DNA of 64,000 nt. Source: Patescibacteria group bacterium (GTDB lineage: Bacteria; Patescibacteriota; Minisyncoccia; Phycocordibacterales; UBA9973). The stretch is taken from positions 51,981 to 115,980 of the forward strand of contig JAZKIP010000001.1 of the NCBI GenBank assembly GCA_040384805.1. The letters are read 5' to 3'. Position numbers and translations under genes: made by a program. Below are positions 11,701-21,625 of the stretch, piece by piece. Numbering within the stretch: the first letter of the stretch is position 1; every line of letters begins with the position of its first letter. The notes under the pieces were generated by a model. That model saw nothing but the letters and a program-made list of their open reading frames with translations, was not told where the DNA came from and did not search any database.

Positions 11701-13074
11701 TTAGTTTTGCAACGGATCAATCATGGTGGTTTGAATGTTGGTCGCTTTCTTCATAACGCTGTCCCCATAGGAGGCGGTTGTTGTTGTGCACTTGGTTCCC
11801 CCTCCGTAATAACGGCATGCGGCAGTACGCTCAGACGTGATACTTCCGTTCTTTGCCCCAAGATCGGTCAGAAACAGGGCTGACGCGATAAAGGCGTCCT
11901 TCGGATTCCATGGATCGGGCGTTACGACGCCAAGAGTCTTCGCGATGCGTGATTTAAGCCCGGTCCACGTCGACGGTATGAACTGCGACGGTCCCATCGC
12001 TCCTCCGTATCCGAGTCCCCCGATCGGGCATGAGACAAGAGTTTTGTATGGATCACGTCCAAGCGATGCCGTGATATCCTGGAATGGTTTCGTATCTCGA
12101 GTCGGCTTCATGACATTTGCTAATACCTTGCCGCTCTTGCTGCTTACTCCCACTCCGGTATCCATATTTGTCACATAGCATGAGCCTTGATTGGTTCCGA
12201 GATTGCTTTCTTGGGTCAATATGGCAAGAAGAAATGCCGGCCGGATGCCCGTTATCTCTTCTGCAAGATTCGCGTATTCAAGCGCTCTTCCAAAAGGAAT
12301 TGCCGAGACATCGCGGAGATTGAAAAGCATCGAAAGGATTTCGGCCCGGCGCTTCGCCTTGTCGTCGAGAACTTTTTGGTATTCTTTTTCTTTGTTCTTG
12401 CTAATCGACAGTAGCTGCTGTTTCTGTGCTTCGCTCGTTTCAACTTCGCGTTGAGCGCTTTCGAGCTGGGCTTTGACATCGATTTCTTGATTCTTTTTTT
12501 CCTCAAGGTTTTTCTTTTCCGATTCGGTCTGAGTCTTCACGCCACGGATTTCATCGACTGAGGATTTGATCCCCTTTTTGATCGACGCGAAAGCGTCGAC
12601 ATCGCCCAAGCTTTCGGAAATTTTCTCCTGGGATAAGATCATAGCAACGAGCGACCGTTCATCGATCTCGCGTTCTTTGCGCATAAGCTGGGCAAGAGAC
12701 TCTTTTTCGTTTTCGATTTTCTCCGTTAAGGTTTCGATCGTCTTGTTCTTTTCCGTAATCTCTCCGCCGAGCTTCTTGATGACAAGATTTTTTGATTGGA
12801 TATCGAGCTTTGCTTTTTTAATCTGGGTCGTCAGTATCGCGATATCGCGCGACAAAGACACAGACTGGCCTTTCTGCGTGCTTAATTCTTTCTGTTTCTG
12901 CGCTATTTCTTGTTCAAGGGCGGAAAGTTCCTGTTGGAGGCGTGCTCGGTCCGCTTGAGCATTTTGGAGAGCCTGATCGGCAGCGCTGGCAGACGGTATT
13001 TTATAGCTAAACCCGCCGAGAACCATTGAAAATATAATGAGAAATGAAAAAATGTATCGTATAATGCGATGCAT
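11701..13074 (-). CDS. Secreted coiled-coil protein with lytic transglycosylase-like C-terminal domain
   Basis: Signal/TM, long coiled coil, ILTQES, GAMGPSQFIPSTW, DPWNPKDA. Confidence 0.88.
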   Translation of the reverse strand: MHRIIRYIFSFLIIFSMVLGGFSYKIPSASAADQALQNAQADRARLQQELSALEQEIAQKQKELSTQKGQSVSLSRDIAILTTQIKKAKLDIQSKNLVIKKLGGEITEKNKTIETLTEKIENEKESLAQLMRKEREIDERSLVAMILSQEKISESLGDVDAFASIKKGIKSSVDEIRGVKTQTESEKKNLEEKKNQEIDVKAQLESAQREVETSEAQKQQLLSISKNKEKEYQKVLDDKAKRRAEILSMLFNLRDVSAIPFGRALEYANLAEEITGIRPAFLLAILTQESNLGTNQGSCYVTNMDTGVGVSSKSGKVLANVMKPTRDTKPFQDITASLGRDPYKTLVSCPIGGLGYGGAMGPSQFIPSTWTGLKSRIAKTLGVVTPDPWNPKDAFIASALFLTDLGAKNGSITSERTAACRYYGGGTKCTTTTASYGDSVMKKATNIQTTMIDPLQN

Positions 13075-13146
13075 ATAGAACAAGTATATCATACAAAAAC
13101 CCTCCCTGTTCTTGCCACAGAGAGGGTTTTGTTGTCTAATTTATAC

Positions 13147-13782
13147 TTATTCGGCAGCTGGAGTTTCTTCTTCCTTCTTGCCCTTCTTTTCTACTTCGAT
13201 GGCAGAGAGATCAACAGGAGCTTCCTCCTCTTTTTCTTCTTTAGCAGCTGCTACGAGCGCGACGACTTCCTCATCGTGAGTGACCATTGTCACCCCGTTC
13301 GGAAGCTTGATGTCTTTGACATGGATCTGATTTTCGAGCGTCTCAAGAGATGAGATGTCGATCTCGATCGAATGAGGAAGATCCTTCGGCAGAGCCTGGA
13401 TTTCCACTTCGTGAAGGACTTTCATGAGAGTGCCGAGTCCGCTCTTTTCAGCCGGCGCGACGCCGATGAATTCAAGTGGGATCTGGACCTTGATCTCCTT
13501 GTTCATGTCCACAGCAAGGAAGTCGACATGGATGGGGAATCCTTTGACGGGATCAACCTGCACTTCGTGGATAAGGACATCGATCTTCTTGCCTTCAAGA
13601 TCAAGCGCGATCGTGCTTGATTCGCCGGCGACTTTCCATACCTTTTTAAAATCAACGCTCGGGACGGAAATCGATGTGTTTTCCACGCGAGCGCCATAGA
13701 CGACAGCAGGAGTCGTACCGTTAGATCGTACAACGTCGAGCTTGTCAGCCTTACTTCGCTTTGTTGCGGTTAATGTTTGCAT
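13147..13782 (-). CDS. rplY: 50S ribosomal protein L25/CTC
   Basis: PAVVYG, EVQVDPVKGFPIHVDF, LPHSIEIDIS. Confidence 0.96.
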   Translation of the reverse strand: MQTLTATKRSKADKLDVVRSNGTTPAVVYGARVENTSISVPSVDFKKVWKVAGESSTIALDLEGKKIDVLIHEVQVDPVKGFPIHVDFLAVDMNKEIKVQIPLEFIGVAPAEKSGLGTLMKVLHEVEIQALPKDLPHSIEIDISSLETLENQIHVKDIKLPNGVTMVTHDEEVVALVAAAKEEKEEEAPVDLSAIEVEKKGKKEEETPAAE

Positions 13783-13857
13783 GGGTGTGATAATAGCACG
13801 AAAATCTTAAAACAGCAACCACACATTTTCATTGCACAATTTGCTTTTTTAATAATG

Positions 13858-13901
13858 CATATGTAAACAATATGGACGATCGTCCATATTGTTTACATAT
13901 G
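13858..13901. repeat. Perfect 44-bp palindrome
   Basis: catatgtaaacaatatggacga|tcgtccatattgtttacatatg. Confidence 0.85.
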
Positions 13902-13918
13902 AAGATTTTTTAATGATC

Positions 13919-15646
13919 TTATATTTTGTGGGACACGCCATGGTCCTCCTTTATAATATGGTCCCTGATGTATTCTTTTGTCGCGCCGACTTTCTTTCCG
14001 GGATTGAAAATATTCTTGGAATCGAAAATATTCTTTGTCCGAACGAAAAGATCGTACATTTTTTCTCCGAACATCTGTACAAGAAACGGAGAGCGGATGA
14101 TGCCGTCGTTGTGCTCGGCAGTTGTGGATCCTTTATAGAAAAGAACGAGATCATATACTTCCTGCGAAAGATCAAGGATGATTTTCGCCGTATTTGGATC
14201 GGAGAAATCCATCAGCGGAATGATATGGAAATTGCCATTGCCTGCATGGCCTGCGATCGTAACTGTGATCGGATATTTTTTAAGTATCGCATCGAGTTTC
14301 GGGAGAAATTCAGGCAAGACTTCGGGTTGCACAATAATGTCGTCGATAAAGGGCGCCGTATGCTTGTCTTTGACATGCTTGCGCAAAAGAGCGAAGCTTT
14401 CGCGGCGGATGTCCCAGTATTTCTCCGATTCTGTCTGTCCGGTCGTGATCCGGTATTTAAACGGAAATCGTTTCAGATCAAGAAGGAGCTTGCGGGCCTT
14501 CGCATCAATCTCGCTTTCCGATTCTCCTGCGAATTCGACAAGAAGAATAAGCTTCGGAATTCCCAATGCCGTCATCATGAAGACTTCCGGCCAGAAGCTC
14601 CACATGAACTTGATCATCCCCCAAACGCCCTTCTTGGTCAGAAAATCGGGGAAAAATTTAATGGCGAGCTTCATAGTCGCATCATCATATGATTCGAGGC
14701 TTTCCGGGTGATGCGGTAGGATAACATCGACGACTTCCCCGAGCTGGGTTATATCCTTCATGAATACGACAACGAGTTTAGAGACTTTCTTAATCGCCAC
14801 AAGATGCAATGTTATCTTTGTGACGACCCCGAGAGTTCCCTGGGATCCGACGATAAGTTTCGTGAGATCGAATATTTCCTTTTCCTCATCCCAGACATTC
14901 CACAGATAATAACCCGCTGAATTTTTGGATACCTGTGGTTTCGCTTTTTTTATGTCTTCCTTATTCTCATTTATAAGAGTAAAAATATTCTTATAGATTT
15001 CTCCTTCGAAGTCTCCCTGGGCGATCTTGCCGTAGAGCTCCTTTTTCGAAAGAGGTCGGACGGTATATTCCCTGCCATCGGCGAATATGACCCTAAGTTC
15101 TTTTATGTAATCCTCGGTTTTTCCGTATTCGAGCGTTTTTTCTCCCGCAGAATTATTGCCAACCATTCCTCCGATCGCATTGAGGGTTTTGGATGCTGTA
15201 TAGCATGGAAGAAGGAGGCCCTTTGCCATGGCCTTCGGCTCAAATTCCCGGTAGTAGCAACCCGGCTCAACTGTGGCCGTTCCGGAAATTGTGACATCAT
15301 GGGAGCCGGGATATTTAGGGGTGATAGAAAAAGGATTTACATGCTCGATATTCTCAATTGCATGCATATACCGGGTAAAATCGATGATGATTGATTCGCC
15401 GATGGCGCCTCCTGACATGCAGGTACCGGCTGATCGCGGGGTAAGCGCAAGATGCGGATACTTTTCCTTATTCTCATGGACCCATTTTACTAAGTTCTTG
15501 AGATCGTCCCCGTCTTTGGGAAATACGACGAGCTCGGGCCGAACTTCAAGGAGCGATGCGTCGCGCGAATATGTTGTCAACGACTCGGGACTGTCATCAA
15601 GATCTCCTTTGAAAAATTTCTGCAATTCTTCTTTTAATGAATTCAT
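13919..15646 (-). CDS. FAD-linked oxidoreductase (GlcD/D-lactate dehydrogenase-like)
   Basis: PRSAGT, GGMVGNNSAG, GHAGNGNFH, AEHNDG, FNPGK. Confidence 0.9.
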   Translation of the reverse strand: MNSLKEELQKFFKGDLDDSPESLTTYSRDASLLEVRPELVVFPKDGDDLKNLVKWVHENKEKYPHLALTPRSAGTCMSGGAIGESIIIDFTRYMHAIENIEHVNPFSITPKYPGSHDVTISGTATVEPGCYYREFEPKAMAKGLLLPCYTASKTLNAIGGMVGNNSAGEKTLEYGKTEDYIKELRVIFADGREYTVRPLSKKELYGKIAQGDFEGEIYKNIFTLINENKEDIKKAKPQVSKNSAGYYLWNVWDEEKEIFDLTKLIVGSQGTLGVVTKITLHLVAIKKVSKLVVVFMKDITQLGEVVDVILPHHPESLESYDDATMKLAIKFFPDFLTKKGVWGMIKFMWSFWPEVFMMTALGIPKLILLVEFAGESESEIDAKARKLLLDLKRFPFKYRITTGQTESEKYWDIRRESFALLRKHVKDKHTAPFIDDIIVQPEVLPEFLPKLDAILKKYPITVTIAGHAGNGNFHIIPLMDFSDPNTAKIILDLSQEVYDLVLFYKGSTTAEHNDGIIRSPFLVQMFGEKMYDLFVRTKNIFDSKNIFNPGKKVGATKEYIRDHIIKEDHGVSHKI

Positions 15647-15649
15647 AAT

Positions 15650-16504
15650 TTACGCTATTTTATTAAAAAGCCTTAATCGATCCTCCACTATTTTCTCTAT
15701 TGCATCGGCGCCGCTCTGCATTATTTTATACGGTGTCGTTTCGTTGGGATTCTCGGCCATGAATTTCTTGATGGCCTCGGTGAAGGCGACCCGGATTTCT
15801 GTATTGATATGAACAATGGAAATTCCTGCTTGAATACCATTGATGAAATCTTCATCGCGAAGTCCTGATCCTCCATGCAAGACAAGCGGAATATGAACGG
15901 CCGTACTTATTTCCTTTACCAATTCGGGTATGATATGCGGCTTGCCGCTTTTGATGAGACCATGGATACTGCCGACCGAGGGTGCAAGCATATCGATGCC
16001 TGTTTGTTCGACGAATCTTTTGGCTTCTTCTGGCTTTGTTTTGATTCCTGCGCCCTCGGGAATGCTTTCTTTTATGCTTGACCCTGAGCCGATATAGCCG
16101 AGTTCAGCCTCGACAAGTACATCGCGGCCGCTTGCACAGGCATATTCTACGCATTGTTTTGTAAGAGCAACATTTTCTTCGAAGCTTTTGTCAGCGGCAT
16201 CGATGATGACAGCATCAAATCCGGCATCGATGGCATCTTTGACTCTTTCGAATGAATAATGATGATCGGCATTCAAATATATTGGATACTGGTCAGTCTC
16301 CCGGATTTTCTGTATTAAGGCGACTGCTTCATTGGCACCGACAAAATCTTCCTCGCCTTCGGAGAGCCCGATGATAACGGGAACATCTAATTTCTTTGCG
16401 GCATTATAAACTGCATGGAGACCCTCTAAATTCGAAATATTAAAGTGTCCAATGGCGACATTCTTTTCTTTCGCTTCTTGTACTGCCTCTCTCAGGGTTT
16501 TCAT
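15650..16504 (-). CDS. fba: Class II fructose-bisphosphate aldolase
   Basis: ADHH, VEAELG, GSIHG, LVLHGGSG, NTE. Confidence 0.94.
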   Translation of the reverse strand: MKTLREAVQEAKEKNVAIGHFNISNLEGLHAVYNAAKKLDVPVIIGLSEGEEDFVGANEAVALIQKIRETDQYPIYLNADHHYSFERVKDAIDAGFDAVIIDAADKSFEENVALTKQCVEYACASGRDVLVEAELGYIGSGSSIKESIPEGAGIKTKPEEAKRFVEQTGIDMLAPSVGSIHGLIKSGKPHIIPELVKEISTAVHIPLVLHGGSGLRDEDFINGIQAGISIVHINTEIRVAFTEAIKKFMAENPNETTPYKIMQSGADAIEKIVEDRLRLFNKIA

Positions 16505-16510
16505 CTTAAA

Positions 16511-16533
16511 AGTATATCATAATATGATATACT
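16511..16533. promoter_or_regulatory. Back-to-back extended -10 boxes (fba / pfkB)
   Basis: agtatatcat-aat-atgatatact = TGATATACT on both strands. Confidence 0.65.
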
Positions 16534-16543
16534 GATCCTACTT

Positions 16544-16646
16544 GTCCCGTATGAAATTTTTGTTTACAAATGAGGTAAGGACAAGCATGATTAGCATAAT
16601 TAATTTAAATTTTACATAAAAAATGATGTAAAATTTCATGTGGGAT
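16544..16646 (+). mobile_element. Inverted-repeat (MITE-like) element ending in pfkB start codon
   Basis: GTCCCGTATGAAATTTT ... AAAATTTCATGTGGGAT(G). Confidence 0.6.
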
Positions 16647-17649
16647 GGAAAAAACAGAAAAACAAATTGATTTTTTGGCAATAGGCGATCTTGTCGTCGA
16701 TGATTTTATCCGCCTCAAAGATGCCGAAGCGACCTGCGATCTTGATCAGGAAAACTGCAGGCTCTGTGTTCGCTTCGGCGACAAAGTTCCTTATGAATTT
16801 CATGAAGTTTTATATGCTGTCGGCAACAGCGGCAATGCGGCGGTTTCAGCATCGCGATTGGGCCTCTCCACTGCCCATCTTGCTATGGTTGGCGATGACG
16901 ATCTTGGCAAAAAATGCATTGAAGCCCAGAAAGAAGATAATATCGAAACGAGCTATATACAAATCGACCCGAAACTCTGGACCAACTATCATTATGTTCT
17001 CTGGTACGGGCCTGAACGGACGATTCTTGTGAATCACGCTCCCTACGAACGCCATCTTCCTGCGAATTTCATTGCTCCGCGATGGATTTATCTGACATCT
17101 TTGGGCGAGAACACGGAAGCTTTCCATCACGAAATAGCAGAATGGCTCAAGGATCATCCTGAAACGAAATTGGCATTTCAGCCCGGCACGTTCCAGATGA
17201 AGCTTGGTACTGAAAGATTGAAGGATATCTATGCAAACGCCGATATATTTTTCTGTAACATGGAAGAAGCACAGAGAATATTGAAAAATGGAGAGATTGA
17301 TCCGCAAAAACTAATGGACTCCCTTCACGATCTTGGTCCGAAGATCGTTATTATGACAAACGGGATCAAAGGTGCATATGCGCGGAAAGAAGACGGAAGC
17401 ATGTATTTTATTCCCGTCTATCCCCATGTGCCCGTTGAACGCACGGGAGCGGGAGATTCTTTCTCTTCAACAATCGCTTCATGTCTTGCTCTGGACATAT
17501 CGCTTGAGGATGCGCTTCTGTGGGCGCCAATCAATGCTATGTCGGTAACACAATTTACCGGAGCTCAAAAGGGCCTCTTATCTGGAGAGAAAATCAAAGA
17601 ATACTTGCAAAAGGCACCGGAAGATTATAAAATTAAAAAAATAAACTAA
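16645..17649 (+). CDS. PfkB family carbohydrate kinase
   Basis: GNSGNAAV..SRLG, VGDDDLG, ERTGAGDSF. Confidence 0.93.
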   Translation: MEKTEKQIDFLAIGDLVVDDFIRLKDAEATCDLDQENCRLCVRFGDKVPYEFHEVLYAVGNSGNAAVSASRLGLSTAHLAMVGDDDLGKKCIEAQKEDNIETSYIQIDPKLWTNYHYVLWYGPERTILVNHAPYERHLPANFIAPRWIYLTSLGENTEAFHHEIAEWLKDHPETKLAFQPGTFQMKLGTERLKDIYANADIFFCNMEEAQRILKNGEIDPQKLMDSLHDLGPKIVIMTNGIKGAYARKEDGSMYFIPVYPHVPVERTGAGDSFSSTIASCLALDISLEDALLWAPINAMSVTQFTGAQKGLLSGEKIKEYLQKAPEDYKIKKIN

Positions 17650-17655
17650 CCCGCT

Positions 17656-17952
17656 ATGAAAAATAACTTCGGAAACCTAAACCGCATTGAACAAAGCAAT
17701 GTAACCCAAATAGAAAAAGAAAGAAAAACAGGAGAAAAACTCGACGAACTCAATGAACTTTTAAACGAAAAGAGAAAATTGGATTCACAATGGGTTGATA
17801 CTGTTATCAACAAATCTGATTCGGAGAATTGGGAAGAGTAAAGATCTAGTGTTAATCCAACCATACAAAATGCTTCTTTGCATAATAAGGTGGTTGAAAT
17901 TGACGCTAAAATTACCCAGATCAAGGCAGAACTCCAAGAGTTAACAAAATAG
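17656..17952 (+). pseudogene. Coiled-coil hypothetical gene with internal TAA
   Basis: Frame stays open and coding-like after TAA 17839-17841 up to TAG 17950-17952. Confidence 0.55.
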
Positions 17953-17999
17953 TTTTTCTTTTTTTATTTACTACTAGATAGTCTGTGGGATCCCATGGA

Positions 18000-18995
18000 C
18001 TATTTTCTTTTAAGAATTTTCATCACTTTTTCGGTAATGTGCGATACCCCCATCCCGTAGTGTTCGATCAATTCCTCAGGTGTTCCCGACTGTCCGAATG
18101 TATTATCTACTCCCACGAATTCGATCGGCACAGGATAATTCTGGGCTAAACACTCTGCCACAGCGCTTCCCATACCCGCCGCTATCTGGTGTTCTTCGAC
18201 GGTAACGATCGCTTTCGTTTCTTTAGCGAGCGCGATGACAGCATCTGCATCAAGAGGCTTGATGGTGGAGAGATTCATGACTTTGACTTTGATTCCTTTG
18301 TCCTGTAAATCGCGGGCAGCAACGAGGGCTTTGTGAACCAATGCGCCTGTGGCGATAATGCCCACATGAGCAAGGCCAGTCTCGGGTACGAAAAAGATCT
18401 GTGCCTTCCCTATTTCAAACGGCGTATCAGCTGTCGTCATGACGGGTGTCTTCTCACGGGCAAGACGAAGATAGGTCGGCTCTTTTGTTTGGGCGCAGGC
18501 CATTGTCGCCTTTTTTGCTTCAATGGAATCGCACGGAGATAAAACCACCATATTGGGAATAACCCGCATAAGCGCGATATCCTCGACGGCCTGGTGCGTT
18601 CCCCCGTCAGGTCCGACTGAAATGCCCGCGTGAGACCCTGCAATCTTTACCGGCCGATCGTTATAACAGATCGTTGTTCTGATCTGCTCCCAGTTGCGGC
18701 CGGGAGAAAACATAGCGTATGACGATACGAACGGAATTTTCCCCATGGCGGCCATGCCGGATGCAACGGTTACTAAATTCTGTTCAGCAACGCCGATTTC
18801 GACGAAGCGATCGCGGAATTTATCGGCGAAGAGATTCATCTTCGTCGACTCGGTAAGGTCGGCGCAGAGTGCGACCACATTCTCGTTATCGATGCCGGCT
18901 TGCAATAATCCTTCGCCGAATCCTTGGCGAATAGGAATTTTCTCAACATCGTCGTTGAATGTTTTTGTATTGAGCTTAAGCGACTGATTGAGCAT
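18000..18995 (-). CDS. Transketolase C-terminal subunit
   Basis: GVAEQN, GPDGGTHQ, VTVEEH. Confidence 0.95.
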   Translation of the reverse strand: MLNQSLKLNTKTFNDDVEKIPIRQGFGEGLLQAGIDNENVVALCADLTESTKMNLFADKFRDRFVEIGVAEQNLVTVASGMAAMGKIPFVSSYAMFSPGRNWEQIRTTICYNDRPVKIAGSHAGISVGPDGGTHQAVEDIALMRVIPNMVVLSPCDSIEAKKATMACAQTKEPTYLRLAREKTPVMTTADTPFEIGKAQIFFVPETGLAHVGIIATGALVHKALVAARDLQDKGIKVKVMNLSTIKPLDADAVIALAKETKAIVTVEEHQIAAGMGSAVAECLAQNYPVPIEFVGVDNTFGQSGTPEELIEHYGMGVSHITEKVMKILKRK

Positions 18996-19020
18996 GTGTT
19001 CTTATTATACCCTTGTCAGG

Positions 19021-19057
19021 AAAAATAAAAAAGGAACCTTGCCTGAGGCAAAGTTCC
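19021..19057 (-). terminator. Intrinsic terminator
   Basis: ggaactttgcc-tca-ggcaaggttcc plus U-tract on minus strand. Confidence 0.75.
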
Positions 19058-19084
19058 GGAACGACGAATCTTTAGTAGATTGTT

Positions 19085-19219
19085 TCAGTAGTTACCGAAA
19101 GCCTTCTGGAAAGGTGTGTTCGCGAAAGGATAGTTCGGAAAATAAAAAGAAGCCAAAGCTACTAAAGCTAAAAGTAATGCTGCATACAGCATTACTTTCC
19201 TTGTTTTTTCTGTTATCAT
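19085..19219 (-). CDS. 44-aa single-TM peptide (absent from ORF track)
   Basis: MITEKTRKVMLYAALLLALVALASFYFPNYPFANTPFQKAFGNY; TATAAT just upstream, terminator downstream. Confidence 0.55.
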   Translation of the reverse strand: MITEKTRKVMLYAALLLALVALASFYFPNYPFANTPFQKAFGNY

Positions 19220-19287
19220 CTTGCATATATTATAACCTAAAGTTTGTAAAAAGCAAATTTTTACACCTATCTAAGATTTTCGTCATT

Positions 19288-20157
19288 TTATTCATGTTCG
19301 CTTTTGATTCGTCCGCCTAAAGTACGCAATTCTTTGAGTGCCATATCCCCCTGTTCCTTGTCGGGAGGCGTGCCATGCCAGTGATAATCGCGTTCAAATT
19401 CCTTTACTCCCTTGCCGGGAATTGTGATAGCGATAATGACCGAGGGCTTGTCAAAAACCGCTTTTGCGCGGTTGATTGCGTTGTTGATTTCGTCGAAATT
19501 ATGACCGTCGATTTCCTGTACATGCCATCCGAACTGCGCGTATTTTTCCCCGAGGTCCCCGAGCGGCATAATATCTTCGGTATATCCGTCGATCTGGATG
19601 TTGTTGCGGTCGACGATCGCGATCAGCTTATGCAGTTTTTCCTTTCCCCCGAGAAGTATAGCTTCCCATGTATTGCCTTCGTCATGTTCGCCATCTGATA
19701 GAAGCGCATAGATCGTTTTGTCCGATACTTTTCCATTGTCGATCCGGTCAGCTAAAGCCATGCCGCATGCCTGAGAAAGTCCCGAACCCAAAGGACCTGA
19801 TGAGTTTTCAAGCCAGGGCATGTATTCGCGATGCGGGTGGCCCTGGAGGCGCGAGCCGAACTTTCGAAGCGTCTGCAATTCTTCAATGGGCATATATCCG
19901 GCATGAGCCATCGTCGCGTACAGAACGGGGCAAATGTGGCCATTTGAAAGAACGAGCCTGTCGCGATCTTTCCAGTCGGGGCGATTAGGATCATGTCGCA
20001 AGGCATGAAAGTACAAGAGCGTAAATATATCAGTCATACCCAAAGGCCCTGCCGTATGTCCGCTCTTAGCTTCGACGAGCATAGAAATAATACTCTCTCG
20101 AATACTGTTTGCCCGCAAAGCAAGACTCTTTATTTTTTCATCGGTTAGATTTTCCAT
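19288..20157 (-). CDS. Transketolase N-terminal subunit
   Basis: SGH, DRLVLSNGH, LQGHP, SDGEHDEG TPP motif, WHG. Confidence 0.95.
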   Translation of the reverse strand: MENLTDEKIKSLALRANSIRESIISMLVEAKSGHTAGPLGMTDIFTLLYFHALRHDPNRPDWKDRDRLVLSNGHICPVLYATMAHAGYMPIEELQTLRKFGSRLQGHPHREYMPWLENSSGPLGSGLSQACGMALADRIDNGKVSDKTIYALLSDGEHDEGNTWEAILLGGKEKLHKLIAIVDRNNIQIDGYTEDIMPLGDLGEKYAQFGWHVQEIDGHNFDEINNAINRAKAVFDKPSVIIAITIPGKGVKEFERDYHWHGTPPDKEQGDMALKELRTLGGRIKSEHE

Positions 20158-20158
20158 T

Positions 20159-20848
20159 TTATAAATTTTCCAATTCTTTCATCGTTTCGCGGATGTCATA
20201 ACTATGCATCAAAGCTGATCCGACGACGAGTCGGTTTGCCCCCGCTGCAACGAGGATGGGCGCAGTTGTTTCATTGACGCTTCCATCTATACTTATTATA
20301 AGCTCTGGATACGCATGCCGCAATGAGCGCACTTGGTCGAGTACTCTTTCGTCGAATGGCTCTCCTTGTTCTCCGATACGCTCGATTCCCATGCACTGGA
20401 CAAAGTCAACATGCGGAATGATGGACTTTGCGTTTTCGATTGGGGTCGTTGTGTTGAGAGCTATACCTATCTGGATATTTTCACGCGTATACATGTCGAT
20501 ACCTTCGAGGAATTCTCGAAACTCTTCAATAGGGCCTTCGGCTTCTAGATGAAAGACAATTCTCCGCGGGCCGAGCCGGACGAAAAATTCGAATTGCTTA
20601 TGAGCGTTTACAACCATGAGATCGAACTCGAAATCAAGGGTGTCCCAATACGGCAGACCCTCCTCTTCGTTGAGGATTCTCTCGACGCTTGCTTCGTCGT
20701 GCGGATTCATCGGCCATGAAAGAGTCGGGACGAATTTTCCGTCACAGATATCGATCTGAACCGTTCGTGCAACGGAAACAACGCGCGCTAGTTTCTCACG
20801 CATGCTCTCGTAATTTTCTTCTAAAATGGCGGGAATAACTTCGGTCAT
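20159..20848 (-). CDS. rpe: Ribulose-phosphate 3-epimerase family protein (divergent)
   Basis: QIDICDGKFVP, ISIDGSVN, GANRLVVGS; clustered with rpiB and tkt. Confidence 0.85.
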   Translation of the reverse strand: MTEVIPAILEENYESMREKLARVVSVARTVQIDICDGKFVPTLSWPMNPHDEASVERILNEEEGLPYWDTLDFEFDLMVVNAHKQFEFFVRLGPRRIVFHLEAEGPIEEFREFLEGIDMYTRENIQIGIALNTTTPIENAKSIIPHVDFVQCMGIERIGEQGEPFDERVLDQVRSLRHAYPELIISIDGSVNETTAPILVAAGANRLVVGSALMHSYDIRETMKELENL

Positions 20849-20858
20849 ATTATAAATA

Positions 20859-21590
20859 CTAGTGAATAAGAGTAGCTATAAGGATAAAGACGGGAAGAAG
20901 TATTAAAAAGATAATTATATCAATCCAATTTCTCTTCTTTAATATATGAAATAGATATATGATGATGCCGATGTTAAAAATAATCGGCAGTATAAAAATT
21001 ATGGGAGATGTCGGCTCTGTCATACAGCACATCTCCTGTCCTCTTCTTAAATTTATTATTAGCTTTAATACAAGAATAGCCAAGATAGGGAAATAAAAAA
21101 GTATATTAAAGAAAATCAAACTCTCATATACTTTTTTCATTAATTTCTTTTCCGGTTCTAGTTTTTTAATGCGTTGTACATGGCGATCATCAGAAGAGAA
21201 CTTTGTTTCAAGAAATACCCTTACCGCGTCTTTTGCTTCCTGTTCGGTTGCAAACCGTGCGCCGAGTGAAAGAACATTGGCATCGTTGTGCTCACGGGAT
21301 ATTCGAACGATATCCAAAGAACCACCATAATATTCCGTAGCTCGAACCCCCGGAATCTTATTAGCCGCCATAGCCTCTCCTTGGCCGCTTCCTCCAATGA
21401 CGATTCCCCTGCTGTCGGGATTATTCGCGACTGCTTGAGCCGTTGGAATTATAAAGTCAGGATAATCATCCGTTTCATTGTATTGAAATGCTCCATTGTC
21501 ATATGTTGTATATCCGAGCTCGTTCAAATAATTTTTGAGTTTCTCCTTTAATTCATATCCTGCATGGTCTGTGCCAATATAGACTTTCAT
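20859..21590 (-). CDS. rpiB: Ribose-5-phosphate isomerase B fused to a 3-TM membrane domain
   Basis: DHAG, DDYPD, GGSGQG, REHNDAN; AT-rich hydrophobic extension from ATG 21140. Confidence 0.88.
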   Translation of the reverse strand: MKVYIGTDHAGYELKEKLKNYLNELGYTTYDNGAFQYNETDDYPDFIIPTAQAVANNPDSRGIVIGGSGQGEAMAANKIPGVRATEYYGGSLDIVRISREHNDANVLSLGARFATEQEAKDAVRVFLETKFSSDDRHVQRIKKLEPEKKLMKKVYESLIFFNILFYFPILAILVLKLIINLRRGQEMCCMTEPTSPIIFILPIIFNIGIIIYLFHILKKRNWIDIIIFLILLPVFILIATLIH

Positions 21591-21625
21591 GTGTCAATTA
21601 TATCATTTATTGAAAACATATTATA

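Noticed and set aside
13889-14692. Long antisense ORFs (also 23502-24305, 42347-43105 and others)
   Set aside because: Shadows of well-supported genes on the opposite strand with no motifs
17839-17841. Stop-codon reassignment
   Set aside because: The internal stop is TAA, the commonest true stop here, and core genes are intact under code 11
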